DNA from: Azolla caroliniana
Lineage: Eukaryota; Plantae; Polypodiophyta
Length of the DNA stretch: 64,000 bases
Direction of reading: 5' to 3'
NCBI GenBank assembly: GCA_043228905.1
Contig: JBHGNT010000021.1
Coordinates: 10,664,001 to 10,728,000 of the forward strand
Made by a program: the position numbers and the translations under genes. This document shows positions 1 through 12,035 of this stretch, piece by piece (positions within the stretch are counted from its first letter, which is position 1; every line of letters begins with the position of its first letter). Below the pieces are notes generated by a model. It was not told where the DNA came from. It worked only from the letters and a program-made list of their open reading frames with translations, and did not search any database.

Positions 1-1320
1 GCCTCTTCCGGTTGCGGTAAATACGGTGCTACGGCTTCGGCAATGTCAATTTCGAAGAGGGGTATGATCTTCGGGTTTTCCTTCAGGTATTGAGCTTCTT
101 CTTCGTCCGCTAACCCTTCAAGCATGTTGACGCATTCCACATACAACGGTGTACATTCCTTGCCAGTGCTCGTCCTTGGCTGTGTTGGTACCCGTACCTT
201 GGCTTTTCCTCGCCGGAAGGTAATTATATTTTTCTGCCAATTCTGTTTGATATGTGCCATTTTCAACCATGGCCGCCCCAACAATAGTGGGTATGCGCCT
301 TGTGCCTGTAATTGTAGCACTACGGCCGAGATGTGAAATGTATGCCCGCCGACAGTGACTTCTAATTTCCGTATTAATCCTGTCGGCCGCACTGAGCTTG
401 TATCGGCCATCCGCAACCAGAACGGACACGGCTCCCACTCGTGGATTCCTAGGTCCTCACACGTCCGGAGGCTTATTACATTTACCCCAGAGCCTCCGTC
501 TATAACTGTGCCGGGGAGTTCTTTCCCATTTACAATGGCAGTGATTACCGGACTGCTGGTGTCTACCACTGTTGGTCCCTCCTCCGGATTCGAGAAGAGT
601 ACCGGTGCCGGTGATGGTTCTCCTGCCTTCATGGCTGTTTTCAGTCCTTCCGTGAATCTAGGCACGAGTTGTAGGAGTCTTCCTAGTGGTAACGTAATCT
701 GGCATTCTTGCAATGCCTGCCATGTCTCGTTCTCGGAGTGACTACCGCTAGCAAGCCCTGCGGTGTTCTCCTTTTGCTGCTGTAAGTCTGTGAAATTCTG
801 CTCGTTCGCTTTCTTTACCCATTCCGTTGCTTGTTTGCGGATGGTCTCCTGTGTCTCCCATTCTTTGGCCATGCCCTTCGATCTTGTGGTCACCTACTGC
901 AGGTCTGCCACCTCAGGGACTACCATATTTACCGCCGGTCGTTTTTCATAGCTCTTCACCGGGCATTGGTTACTATAATGGACTTCCTGTCTACAGTAGT
1001 AGCAGTAGGCTTTCCGGGCATTGCTAGATTCGGCATTGTCTGTTGTACCCGGGGCAGGTCCTACGGTACGCGCGGGGTTTTGTACCGGTTGGCTACTTGG
1101 AGCGCCTTGTTCCGGATCCCGGGGGTAGCCGCCTTTTCTAAAATGCCGTTTTTTGTTAAAGCTCTTCTTATTACGGTACTCTTGACGGGGTTGCCCGTTA
1201 TATCGGCCGTATTCCTCCCGTTGCTGATGATACCCGGGGGAGTGTTCCCGGTCGTACTGTTCGTATCGTCTATTGTAATCCTGGTGCCGATCATGCCGGT
1301 CATAGTTATCTCGCCGATCA

Positions 1321-1425
1321 CCGTACCGGACATCATTTTCCCGTCGCTCGCCGTACCGGACATTATTTTCCCGTCGCTCACCATATCAGACATCATTTTC
1401 CCGTCGCTCGCCATACCGGACATCC
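1321..1425. repeat. 30-bp tandem repeat (~3.5 copies) inside gag, encoding YGERRENDVR
   Basis: CCGTACCGGACATCATTTTCCCGTCGCTCG is repeated with few changes. Confidence 0.85.
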
Positions 1426-2576
1426 TGTGCTGGTCGGTCACGGTCCATTCGCCGCCAGCGTTCGTCTTCTTCATCCCGGTTGCTGCGTGGCTCAATTTGT
1501 CGGACGGGCGGTGCTTGCCGAGTCAACAGATTATACTCGCACCTATCTGTCGTATGGCTCTTGGACTGACAGATTACACATTGCGTCCTCATAGTGCATT
1601 CTAGAGCCGAGTGTCCGGAATTCAAGCAGGTTGTGCACTGTATTGCTTGCCTAAACCGGAGGTCTTCATCGGACGGTAACGCCCGTTGAAGTGCGCCCAG
1701 TGTGAGCCAGGAGCTTGTCTTTTCCATCTCTTTCACCCGGTCAATGACCTGGTCGATGGTACTTGTACGGAAATCGATTACCGTGCAAACCGTGCGTAGG
1801 GGTTCCTGGAGCGCGTTTAGGAATATCGTCCGTAATTCCTCCTCCGGGGGTGGACGGGTAAGCTGACTATGCATCCGTTGAAACCGGATGACAAATTGGG
1901 GAATGCTCTCCCCTGCCTCTTGCTGGATAGTATAAAATAAGCCTACCATTACGGTCTGGTCCACCTCCTTTTGAAAGAAATGCATGAATTTAGCTTTTAA
2001 ATCTGCAAAGGTGTTGATGGTAGACGGGTCCTGCATCCAGCGCCATCTTGCTGCCGGTCCCTCCAATGTGACGCCAAACTCTGCTATCTTAGAGCGTTCT
2101 TCTTCCTCCGGTGTCAGTCGCTGGGACACATGGTTGGCTTCCCATGTCTGTTCAAATGCGTGCACATGAGCTTCCGCGTCCGGATCATCTCTATACTTAG
2201 AGTATTGGAACGGCATGTCGTCGTCCAGTATCGGTGCGCGGGCTGGTAGTGTTGGTGCTCGTTCCGGAATTTTCTCCAGTGTCGGTGGTCTTTCCCGATT
2301 TGATTCTGGTGTCGGTTGTTTCTCTTCCGCTGGTGACGGAGGCCTCTCCTCCTCGACTTCCGGTGTCGGAGGTCGTTCTTCTTCTGCTAGTTCCAGGGGT
2401 TCCAGCGTTAGCACTTCCGATTCTGGTTCCGGTGTCAGTAAGGTATTCGATCCTTCGTCTGCCGGTCCGCCCGGGGTTTCGTTGCTGCTATGGTAGTTCG
2501 TGTGCACGCTGTATTCCCCTTCGGAGTCCGATTCATATGATGAAAAGGCCTCTGCTTCGCCTTCTCCGTTTGCCAA
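1386..2576 (-). CDS. Gypsy gag (retrotransposon gag + zinc knuckles), ended by a probably premature TGA inside a repeat
   Basis: Motifs LEGPAARW, Q-x-x-x-ESI-x-x-F-x-x-RF and CTTCLNSGHSALEC. The stop falls in a 30-bp tandem repeat whose other copies read CGG at that codon. Confidence 0.8.
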   Translation of the reverse strand: MANGEGEAEAFSSYESDSEGEYSVHTNYHSSNETPGGPADEGSNTLLTPEPESEVLTLEPLELAEEERPPTPEVEEERPPSPAEEKQPTPESNRERPPTLEKIPERAPTLPARAPILDDDMPFQYSKYRDDPDAEAHVHAFEQTWEANHVSQRLTPEEEERSKIAEFGVTLEGPAARWRWMQDPSTINTFADLKAKFMHFFQKEVDQTVMVGLFYTIQQEAGESIPQFVIRFQRMHSQLTRPPPEEELRTIFLNALQEPLRTVCTVIDFRTSTIDQVIDRVKEMEKTSSWLTLGALQRALPSDEDLRFRQAIQCTTCLNSGHSALECTMRTQCVICQSKSHTTDRCEYNLLTRQAPPVRQIEPRSNRDEEDERWRRMDRDRPAQDVRYGERRENDV

Positions 2577-2843
2577 CGCGTGGAGAAGGGATTCGGTTTC
2601 CCGGAGGCTGCTTAGGCTGCTGCCGTCGTCCGGGTGCGATGTTTGCTGTAACCAGTGGGAGTCCTCCGCTACTCTCCGGATTACGTTGGAAAACGAGCGA
2701 TCCGCTCTAATTTCCTATGCCGCTTTCTGGAAAGCCTCACGTCTCCTTTGCCTTTCGGCAAGGTGTCGAGTTCGATCTGTAACCAGGTCGTGCATTGATC
2801 TAGACATCCATCCGTGCCGTCGTTCGCTGCAAAAACAGGAATC

Positions 2844-2853
2844 GTGGTCGCCA
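2844..2853 (-). promoter_or_regulatory. Primer binding site TGGCGACCAC (likely tRNA-Arg)
   Basis: Lies a few nt from the LTR end and is complementary to a tRNA 3' end ...GTGGTCGCCA. Confidence 0.6.
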
Positions 2854-3289
2854 AAAACTGTGTTAACCCTTCGGGCCAGACAATGGCCTAACACAGGGTG
2901 TCTACGTGAGACACTTCACCAAAGGGTGTTACGGCAACCGGATTAGACTTCAACGCTTAATCCGACTTAGTTTAGTTACTTATTAGGATCGTCTTCATAA
3001 CACGCGTAAGATATAACAATTAAGACAGAACGGCAATTGACACAAAGATATAACAACGCTTAAGCTTCCATTAATTAACCGCTAACTATTACATTGTATC
3101 CGGGCCTTTAAATAGGTTTCCGGTCTGTATTACAAAACGGTGCCATCCGCACCTGTTCGGGATCGGTCCGGATCCGGAACGGCATACCGATTCCGGTCCA
3201 TCCGTCCACACTCATAGCTTAATTACAACCACATTCCTACTACTTAATTAGCTCTCCATTTTCCACTCTGGACTCCTTTGCCGGCCGGT

Positions 3290-3970
3290 AACAAATACCG
3301 GGGGCAGTTCAAGGAGTACTGCAGGTCGAAGGGAATCCGGCTCGAATATACTGTGACGAAGACGCCGGAATTGAACGAGCTGGTTGAACGGATGAACGGA
3401 ACCATAATGGAGAGAGTCTGAAGCATGCTAGCACATGCATTGTTGTCCAAGCCGTTCTGGGCTGAGGCGTTGATAACGACAATGTACGTGATTAACATAT
3501 CACCCTCAACACCTTTGGAAGGAGACACACCATAGAGTATGGACCGGTAAAGACATGTCTTACCGGCATTTGAAGGTATTTGGTTGTCTCGCTTATGTGC
3601 ATGTTTCAAAAGACAAGAGAGGAAAGTTAGATACGAAGTTCAGGTCATGCATATTCCTTGGATATGGCGATGATGAGTTCGGCTACCGAGTATGGGACTT
3701 GGTCGAGCAAAAGGTCTTCTGGAGTTGAGACATAGTCTTCATTGAAGACAAGACTATTGCCGACTAGGAGTCGGAGAGGAAGATAGTGCACTCCGGGTTG
3801 ACTCACAGAGATCAGTCAGAAGATGCAAGAATACATCCGGTCGGAAACCAGATGTTAGCCGAAGATCATGATGAACCGGCCGGACTTGGACAAGGAACCG
3901 GACCGACCGAAGAAGAAGCTGACACTGAAACCAATCAAGAACAAACGGATTCAGATTCAAAGAACAAAGA
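3290..3970 (+). pseudogene. Degenerate Ty1/Copia integrase fragment, same family as 25679-31198
   Basis: Translates to YRGQFKEYCRSKGIRLEYTV.KTPELN...FWAEA...RGKLD.K...CIFLGYGDDEFGYRVW with stops and frameshifts, closely matching the integrase at 28100-28750 (-). Confidence 0.85.
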
Positions 3971-6900
3971 ACTCACACTCTCCATGCTGAATCGGATTCG
4001 GACGAGGCAGATCGACACGCAATGGAGGCGGCCAAAAAGAGCAGAATGTACGACATAATCAAGATGTTGGAAGCAATTCCGAACCCTCCACAAGCATGGG
4101 GAGTCATGGCAGCGCCGGAAGACGGCAAGAGAAGACCACGCCGGATTGCTGGTACTGTGGCAAGAAAGGCCACAAAGAGCGTGAGTGCTGGAAGAAACAA
4201 ACCGACTCGGACAAAGCTGAACCAAGCAGAAGAGACGCAGGAAGGAGTCAAAGATCGCACTACGCTGAGGGCTCCGAACGAGCCAGAAATGGAGCGGTCC
4301 CTGTCTTCGTAATGAAGCATAAAGCCAATTCAATGGCCGTGAACACCTCGAAATCGAGCGAGGTTTGGTATGTGGATTCTAGAGTGTCAAATCACATGAT
4401 GAGCCATGAGGAATGGTTCTTGTACTTGGAGAAGCCGGAATCACGAGGAGTGGTCGAAACCGACGACGACACTCTGCATACCATCGAACATGTCGGCAAA
4501 GTTCCCCTCAGCCACGTCGGGCAGAAAGGGAAGCTAATGAATGTGTTGCACGTCCTGACAATAACAAACAATTTGGTGTCGGTCAGTCAGATTGTCAACC
4601 AAGATATGCAAGTTCGATTCACGCACCTCTGCTGCTTCATAGAAGAGGAAGGCAAAGTGATCGCGCAAGGGCCCCGTGTAGGGAGGATGTTTATCCTCAA
4701 CACTAATCAACCCGGAACCGCGTTGTACGCGAAAGGACAAAGGGTCGAATCGGATATTGACCTGTGGCACAAGCGGTTCAGCCATGTAAATTCCCACGGC
4801 TTCGTGAAATGCAGACGAAGAACATTGTTTTCGAGTTTCTGAAATTTCGTGGCTGGAATGGCCAAGTCTGCGAAGCCTATCAGATGGGAAAACAACATGG
4901 ACTTCCATTCCCCAATGAGCGTAATCAGAGCCGTAATCCGCTCGATTTGATCCATTCGGATGTGTGGGGACCAGCACAGAACGTGAGTCTCGGTGGAAGT
5001 CGTTACTTTGTAACCTTCATCAATGATTTCACTCGGCACACGTGGGCATGTACGATCGCAAAGAAGAGCGAAGATTTCTCATGTTTCCTGGAGGTGAAGA
5101 GCCTCACGGAAAGGGAAACGGGGCGTAAGATCAAATGCCTACGGTCCGATGGCAGGAAGGAGTACTTCTCTGACCAGTTCATATGTTATCTATGGAAGGA
5201 GGGAATTCGATGCGAATTCTCATGTAGATATACGCCGGAGCAGAAGAATCAAACAATTGAAGAAGCGGCCCGGGCAATGCTTGAAGAGAAGCATATGCCG
5301 AAATTCTATTGGGCTGAATCCGTGAAGACGGTTGTCTACCTACAGAATCGGACTTCTGCTAATGGAGGAGTGTCGCCACATGAGTTGTATTTCGGGAAGA
5401 AGCTGAACTTGGCACACTTAAGGATTTTTGGTAGCATTGCTTATGTGCATGTGCTGAAGGAAAAGAGGAGGAAGTTGGATGCCAAAGCCGAAAAGTGCAT
5501 CTTAGTTTGCTATTTAGATAAGCAAAAGGGGTATAAGTGCTATAACCCCAAACGAAGGAAGTACGTGTAAGCCACGATGTCGTATTTGACGAGTCCGCTT
5601 TGTGGTACTTGCCTTCTCCTCCAGTACCTTAAGACTCCATTCCGATTTCTGAAGAAGAAATCAATGAGGCTGAAATGCCTCCGCACAATGAAGAAATCGG
5701 ATCTCTAAGAGAGAGTCCGATCTCATTTCGGCTGAGTGGGCCGAATGCGGGGTTGGGCCGAGATGGCCAACCAGATGATGAGACGGCAAGTAGTGGAGAC
5801 TTAGTCGTGATGTCCCCGCATAAAGAATCGAGGAGACGGTTTACGCGTAAAGAGAAAGGGAAGAAGAAAATGTCGGAATACGACTTCAGCAGTGCCGAGT
5901 CAGATCAGAGCGAGTCTGACTACGGGCAAACTGAAAAGGAACCTCCATGGAAGAGGTCGACCGTTGCCAAAAAATCGGGAAATCATGAATTATGCCCATC
6001 TACCCGCCTGAAGAACCCCGTAAAGAGATACGGGTATAATGAATACATGGAGCACCATTATGCGTATATGACGTGAGTGGTGGAAGTGTGTGAGCCGGAG
6101 AGCTACGTAGAAGCGGTGAGAGATGCAAATTGGTGTGCCGCAATGGAGGAAGAGATGCGCGCCTTAACACAAAACGAGACATGGGACTTGGTTGACGCAC
6201 CGAAGAGTGTGAAGCCGATTGGTTGCCGGTGGGTGTATAAAGTGAAATACAACACGGACGGCTCCGTCAACCGCTACAAGGCCCGTTTAGTAGCTAAAGG
6301 CTACACGCAGAAGCACAACGTAGACTATGATGAGACCTTTGCGCATGTCGCAAAGAAAACCACCATCCGTGTTCTGCTACCCGTAGTTGCGGCAAAGGGG
6401 TGGAACTTACATCAAATGCATGTAAAGAACGCGTTCCTGCAAGGTGATCTTGAGGAACATGTGTACATGATACAACCCCCTGGATTTCTATCCGAATGAC
6501 ACACCTCGGTGGTTTGCCGACTGAAGAAGTCATTGTACGGACTTAAGCAAGCCCCACGAGCTTGGAATGCGAAGATTACACAATAGCTGCATAAGATGGG
6601 GTTTGCGCCGTCGAAATCGGACTCTTCTCTGTTTGTTCGGCAAGGTCAATATGAACCGGTTAGTCTTCTATTGTATGTTGATGATCTAGTCATCACCAGT
6701 GCAGATCTTGACGAATTCCGCCGCGTAAAGTTTCAGCTTGGGGCATCGTTTGAAATGAAGGATCTCAAAGACCTTCATTACCAACACGGTTCTGACAAAT
6801 TGTCGAGAGACTTATCTATCTGACGATTACTTGGTTGGATCTTAGTTATCTAGTCGGCCTAATCAATCAATTCATGTCGTAGCCTACGGCTGAACATTTT

Positions 6901-8037
6901 CAATGCGCGCAACGGATATTGCGATATGTAAGCAGCGATCATATGGAGTAGCAAGAAGCAGCCGATAGTAGCATTGTCGAGCACGGAGGCCGAATATCGA
7001 GGGGTGATTGGTACTACATGAGAAGTCATTTGGCTAAAACGGCTATTACGGGATCTACATGTCGAGGTGTCTGATCCGAGGACGATCTATTGTGACAACC
7101 TCAGCAGTATCCACCTTGCGAAAAACCCCGTGTTCCACGCCTGGACCAAGCACATTGAGGTGCATTACCATTTTGTCCGCGAGCGAGTCCTTTCAAGAGA
7201 AGTCGAATTGGTGCATGTTTGATCGATCGGCAAATTGTTGACATCCTCACAAAACCTCTTGGTCTCGACAAGTTACGGCAGTTCTCGGGTGCGCTTGGGT
7301 TGCGTTGTCGCGAAGATTCGCGCGTGCGTGTGCTACTCGAGCGACCACCGGGGTCTTGGACTGGGGAGGATGTTCGCGGAATTATCGAAGAGATGACGAT
7401 CAATGTAAGATTAGACGGAATTTGTTCACTTGAGAAGAAGAAAGCTTGTACACTTGAGAAGTAGAAAATAATGAAGAAGATAAAGACAAATATAATTATA
7501 TTGATGATAATGGTGTTGGTGATATCACATATTGAGCCCCCCTTACACAAGCCCAACTAGAGGCTTTTATAGGTCTTTCCATGCTCGTGACATGCACAAA
7601 ACCATGGGCTAAAACCATGGTTTTGTGCTCACGGTTTTGCTTATGTCATGCACAAACCATGGGTTTAAAACCGTGGTTTTGTGCACATGGTTTTCTATGG
7701 TTGTTTCGTCTATAATTTGTATATGAAAAGGAAATACATAAAATCTACACTATATGATAGTTGTCCTAGTGGTAAGGCAATTATCTTGTATCTTAGAGGT
7801 GCAAGGTTCAATCCTTGCTTGCACCCCTCTGCATGAACTCAAGTGCCACTAGGCTAGGTTTATTTGCTAAGTGCATGTGCAATGTTGCACATCCTTGGTT
7901 TATTCGTCTCACTCGGTTTCACACCGTAGCCGAAAATCGTCACGACATCCACCCCCACCAAACCCGCACATCCTCCGGTATGTGCCGAGAAAGGTGAAGA
8001 GGTGAGATCTTTGGCAACGGTGATCAACCGAGTTCCT

Positions 8038-9360
8038 CTACACGCTCGTCGACTTCGTCTTCCACTTCGAGTATGCGCAATCTTTCCAACCGAACCACCG
8101 TAGCCACCCGATCCACCATATCCGGCGCTCACACCTTCTTCCCCGATCGGCTGTAGTAGATCTACCGAACGATGTCGTCGATACGACCGCTCTTCCTTCG
8201 TCCACCGCGCGTGTCCTTCGATTGGACTCCTGGCCACTCCTCACGCTCACCGTCTTCAACTGGGTATTGTAGATCGTTCGTGTCGATCTCCGATTAGGCT
8301 GGGTTTGCCCTTGTCCGGATCGGTCTCCACCGATCGCTTCTTGGCTTGGTTGGCCTTCGTCTGCATTCACATTTCCCCGAGTCGGGCTCGACCGATTGAT
8401 TCTGGCTGGGTCGGCCCCCTTTTGGATCGGAATCGTCCGATCGATTTTCGCCGAATCAGGTTTCGGCCGGGTCGGCCCCGGTCGATCGGCTCCCATGTGG
8501 ATCTTCCTTCGTTCGGGTCGGAATCCCGGCCGGATCGTCTTCCGGTTCAACCGGTTCTCGACTCTTCCTTCCTTCCCGCATGCAACCTCTCCATCGAACT
8601 CAACCGCAGCTTCATCCTTGGCCTCCACGTCGGCCATATCCTTCCCTCCGTGTATGCTCGCCTCGAGCCATATTGTCTCCTCTTCGCCACCTCCTTTATC
8701 TTCGGTCTTATGTCGACACACGGTCTCGACTGCCGAAGTCTCCGGAACCAGTGTGAAGGAATCCCTTCGTTCATTTACATTTACCTTGTCTTCTTCATCG
8801 CCCTTCCGGTCGTCCTCTTTTTTGTCCACACATTCTGTCTCTCCGGTCTCACGTTGGCACACGTGCACAACCGCCGAAGTCTCTAGAATAGGTGTGGGGA
8901 TATCCTTTCTTCCTCGATCTTCTTCCTCCTTGTGTTGGGCCTTCGTCTTCCCATCACCACCTTCCGTCTCTCCGGTCTCACGTTGGCACATGGGCGCAAC
9001 CGCCGAAGTCTCTGGAACAAGCGTGAAGAAAGTGTCGACATGGCTATCCGTCGTCGACTCATCCATAGCCACCTCCGACTCGATGTCGTTTGTCATGGCT
9101 ACCTCCTCAATCTCTTCAGACTCAAACACTTTTTCTCCCTCGATCATGCAAGCTTTTCTCATGCTTGCGCCGTCATCACCCGATGTTTCGTACACAATGC
9201 GTGTTCCGAAACATTTATCCTCCCTCGAAGTGGCGTTCGCCGTCCTCGAGTCATCGGCCTCCTCCTTCGCCGTCGTTTCTTTGTAAGACAAGAAGGTGAC
9301 TTGTTTCACACCTTCTCTCTCGGTACCGTCAAACCAGAGCCTTTGTATCGGCCACTTCAT
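8038..9360 (-). CDS. Acidic low-complexity ORF2 of element A with repeated (P/L)ETSAV..C.RETGE modules
   Basis: 440-aa open frame overlapping the end of the gag ORF. No recognisable domain. Confidence 0.4.
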   Translation of the reverse strand: MKWPIQRLWFDGTEREGVKQVTFLSYKETTAKEEADDSRTANATSREDKCFGTRIVYETSGDDGASMRKACMIEGEKVFESEEIEEVAMTNDIESEVAMDESTTDSHVDTFFTLVPETSAVAPMCQRETGETEGGDGKTKAQHKEEEDRGRKDIPTPILETSAVVHVCQRETGETECVDKKEDDRKGDEEDKVNVNERRDSFTLVPETSAVETVCRHKTEDKGGGEEETIWLEASIHGGKDMADVEAKDEAAVEFDGEVACGKEGRVENRLNRKTIRPGFRPERRKIHMGADRPGPTRPKPDSAKIDRTIPIQKGADPARINRSSPTRGNVNADEGQPSQEAIGGDRSGQGQTQPNRRSTRTIYNTQLKTVSVRSGQESNRRTRAVDEGRAVVSTTSFGRSTTADRGRRCERRIWWIGWLRWFGWKDCAYSKWKTKSTSV

Positions 9361-10129
9361 TAACCCGCATTTGTTGGGAGGTCTCTTCTTCCTCGATCAC
9401 CATTCGCCTCGGTTTTGTCTCCCTTCTAAGCTTCATTTCTTTTGTTGGTGGTGCGTTGTTGCATCTCGTCCCTCTTCGATCGTCCCTCATGGGCCGTCTT
9501 GTTGTCATCGATATTCTCGCTTGCCCCTTATCGTGTAGTCGGCATACACTTTCCACTTTGCTCCAATCCTCGATGAGGCCATTTGCACCATCATCTTCTT
9601 CGAGTTTGAGGCCGATCGCCATCCTTTCCATTCGATCGATTGAATTCACGAACATAAGGACCTTATCGACCCCCACCAATCTTTGTTCCCGCTCCGACAA
9701 TTGAGAAAAATGATGCTCGAAGTCTACGAATGCTTGTGTCGCACCTTGGTGGGTCCTCGCTAATGTCACCCATTGGTCAAAGTTGCGTCGATCTCGTCCC
9801 TTCAGTCTCTCATAGCCATATTCCTCCAATTGAGCCTTCTCGAAAGTCGCCCACGAATCATGAGCTTCTAGAAGCTCTTTTACATCTTTGAAGATCGGTT
9901 GAGACACCACCCGACAAAAGTACTCGAGCCTCATATCTTTGTCCACACCTCTTGAATCCATCTCCGCATTGTAGACTTTTAGGAAACTTTGGACTTCGGC
10001 GCCATTGAAATAGCTCATTCGTTCGACTACCTTGTCGACGGCTTGTTGGGCTTCATTTCTTCTTTTCCCTTCTCTCAAAAACTCCATCATCTTTCTTGAC
10101 ATTGCCTCCATGAGATATTCACCATCCAT
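9329..10129 (-). CDS. Gag-like protein of element A (resembles moss Phygy/RLG1-type gag N-terminal region)
   Basis: Starts just after the PBS. FNG..V..FLK.YN.EM...SW..FE....EEY...F.QWV motif. Homologous ORFs at 12036-12557 and ~25093-25678. Confidence 0.7.
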   Translation of the reverse strand: MDGEYLMEAMSRKMMEFLREGKRRNEAQQAVDKVVERMSYFNGAEVQSFLKVYNAEMDSRGVDKDMRLEYFCRVVSQPIFKDVKELLEAHDSWATFEKAQLEEYGYERLKGRDRRNFDQWVTLARTHQGATQAFVDFEHHFSQLSEREQRLVGVDKVLMFVNSIDRMERMAIGLKLEEDDGANGLIEDWSKVESVCRLHDKGQARISMTTRRPMRDDRRGTRCNNAPPTKEMKLRRETKPRRMVIEEEETSQQMRVNEVADTKALV

Positions 10130-10150
10130 CTTCGTCCTCCCCTGCTGCTC

Positions 10151-10168
10151 TTCACGTCGGGTTCACCA
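10151..10168 (-). promoter_or_regulatory. PBS TGGTGAACCCGACGTGAA, complementary to the 3' 18 nt of plant tRNA-Trp(CCA)
   Basis: The plus strand reads TTCACGTCGGGTTCACCA, the 3' end of plant cytosolic tRNA-Trp as I recall it. An identical PBS is at 12023-12040 and a 2-mismatch copy at 25061-25078. Confidence 0.85.
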
Positions 10169-12035
10169 AATGATGTCGCGAAGATTCGCGCGTGCGTGTG
10201 CTACTCGAGCGACCACCGGGGTCTTGGACTGGGGAGGATGTTCGCGGAATTATCGAAGAGATGACGATCAATGTAAGATTAGACGGAATTTGTTCACTTG
10301 AGAAGAAGAAAGCTTGTACACTTGAGAAGTAGAAAATAATGAAGAAGATAAAGACAAATATAATTATATTGATGATAATGGTGTTGGTGATATCACATAT
10401 TGAGCCCCCCTTACACAAGCCCAACTAGAGGCTTTTATAGGTCTTTCCATGCTCGTGACATGCACAAAACCATGGGCTAAAACCATGGTTTTGTGCACAC
10501 GGTTTTTCTTATGTCATGCACAAACCATGGGTTTAAAACCATGGTTTTGTGCACATGGTTTTCTATGGTTGTTTCGTCTATAATTTGTATATGAAAAGGA
10601 AATACATAAAATCTACACTATATGATAGTTGTCCTAGTGGTAAGGCAATTATCTTGTATCTTAGAGGTGCAAGGTTCAATCCTTGCTTGCACCCCTCTGC
10701 ATGAACTCAAGTGCCACTAGGCTAGGTTTATTTGCTAAGTGCATGTGCAATGTTGCACATCCTTGGTTTATTCGTCTCACTCGGTTTCACACCGTAGCCG
10801 AAAATCGTCACGACAGCGTCACCTCGACACACCGAACTTGAGGGGGAGAAAGGAAGAACAGGAACAAGAGCGTAAAAGGAGCGGAGGTGTTCATCACGGC
10901 GGAAGTGACTGTGATGAGGAATCGGATGAAGAATTCGATTTCGGACCAGTTGAAGAAGCCGAAGAAGAAAGCAAGGGCCGCAATCGTAGGGAAGAGCCGA
11001 GGACAGCCAAATCAGGGGGAGATACAGCCAAGAAGGGCGTAAAGGCCAAGACCAAGATGTGGTCTGATGTAGTCAAAGGCCTGAAGACAGGAGACGAATT
11101 GGAGACGAAAGGAACCAGAGTGTAGATCTAGCAGAGCAAGTGGAACCTCAACTTGAGCTTGAGGGGGGGAGTGTTGAGAGACAAGCTCAACATTTGGTGC
11201 AGAGTACACAGCGTAACCCAGTGCGTAGACTGGGTGCATGAAAAAGTACGCACAACAGGACCGCATCGGTGTGAAAACCGAAGAGGCCGTTAGAGCGTTG
11301 TCGTGAAGATTTTCGTCCACGAGCGGAAACCCGAGCAACGAGAGCCAAGAGAGATGTGCAACGTTGCACACGTACATAATGTATTTGTAATAATAATAGG
11401 GGTAAAGGGTATGGTGCTAGAAATGCCCCATAAGATCCCTAAGGTATAAAGGCGATGCGGTCTTGTGCGCACATCCACGCGAGAGAGAGAGAGAGGTACT
11501 ATGCGGTACATAGGTACCTAGTTGTTTGTGAGGAGGTGGGAGTGAAGGGGCCATCAATCTCACCCTCCCCCAAATCAAGGCAAATATCCCCTTTGAATGA
11601 AAGGGGATATTTTAGTCTCGTTTTTGTAAACGGTCTTCCCTCCTTGTGCTATAAAAGAAGAGGGAAGGCACCATTGTGAGGGTTGCCTATTTTGAGTGTG
11701 CGAGGTATACCACATAGGTCGAGCGTTAGGGTTAGGGTTAGGGTTTCTTCATCTTTATCTTCATCTTCGTCGGTTAGGGTTTCGAGTAGTCGTTTGGTGC
11801 GGCCTATGCAGCCACCATTTTGTAATCGTTCATTTCGTTTTAATACATCTTGTTGTTCATCTTGTCTCCATCTCCCTCTTCTTCGATCTAGTCTCTTGTT
11901 CATTCTTCTTCTTCTTGAGCAAAGCTTCCATTTCGTGTCCGATTCCTTCTCCTCTACTCCTTAGTCCAAGACCCCCATGGTCCCGCCCTTCTCCACGCAC
12001 GCACATAGCAACATGACATATTTGGTGAACCCGAC

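Larger units (their letters stand above)
1..3242 (-). mobile_element. Ty3/Gypsy LTR retrotransposon, 5' part (LTR ~2859-3242, PBS, gag, protease; continues off the left edge)
   Basis: Retrotransposon-gag-like ORF 1386-2576 with CX2CX4HX4C knuckles. Further downstream on the minus strand are a knuckle CYYCRQEVHYSNQC (~960-1010), protease VIDGGSGVNVI (~475-510) and YPLLLGRPWL (~265-295). LTR end CA is followed by GTTTT-TGGCGACCAC. Confidence 0.85.
7306..10815 (-). mobile_element. Non-autonomous gag-only LTR element A (3510 bp; LTRs 7306-7947 and 10174-10815; tRNA-Trp PBS; 4-bp TSD GCGT)
   Basis: Two 642-bp LTRs, TGTCG...CGACA, differing at about 3 positions by eye. PBS 10151-10168, purine-rich tract next to the 3' LTR (7948-7965), TSD GCGT at 7302-7305 and 10816-10819. 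No pol. Confidence 0.93.

Noticed and set aside
831-1604. 257-aa hydrophobic ORF resembling a membrane protein
   Set aside because: It is the antisense shadow of the charged, repetitive gag region.
8396-9286. 296-aa Ser-rich ORF and similar overlapping ORFs in GC-rich TE interiors
   Set aside because: These are antisense or alternative frames of repetitive TE sequence with no domain motifs.
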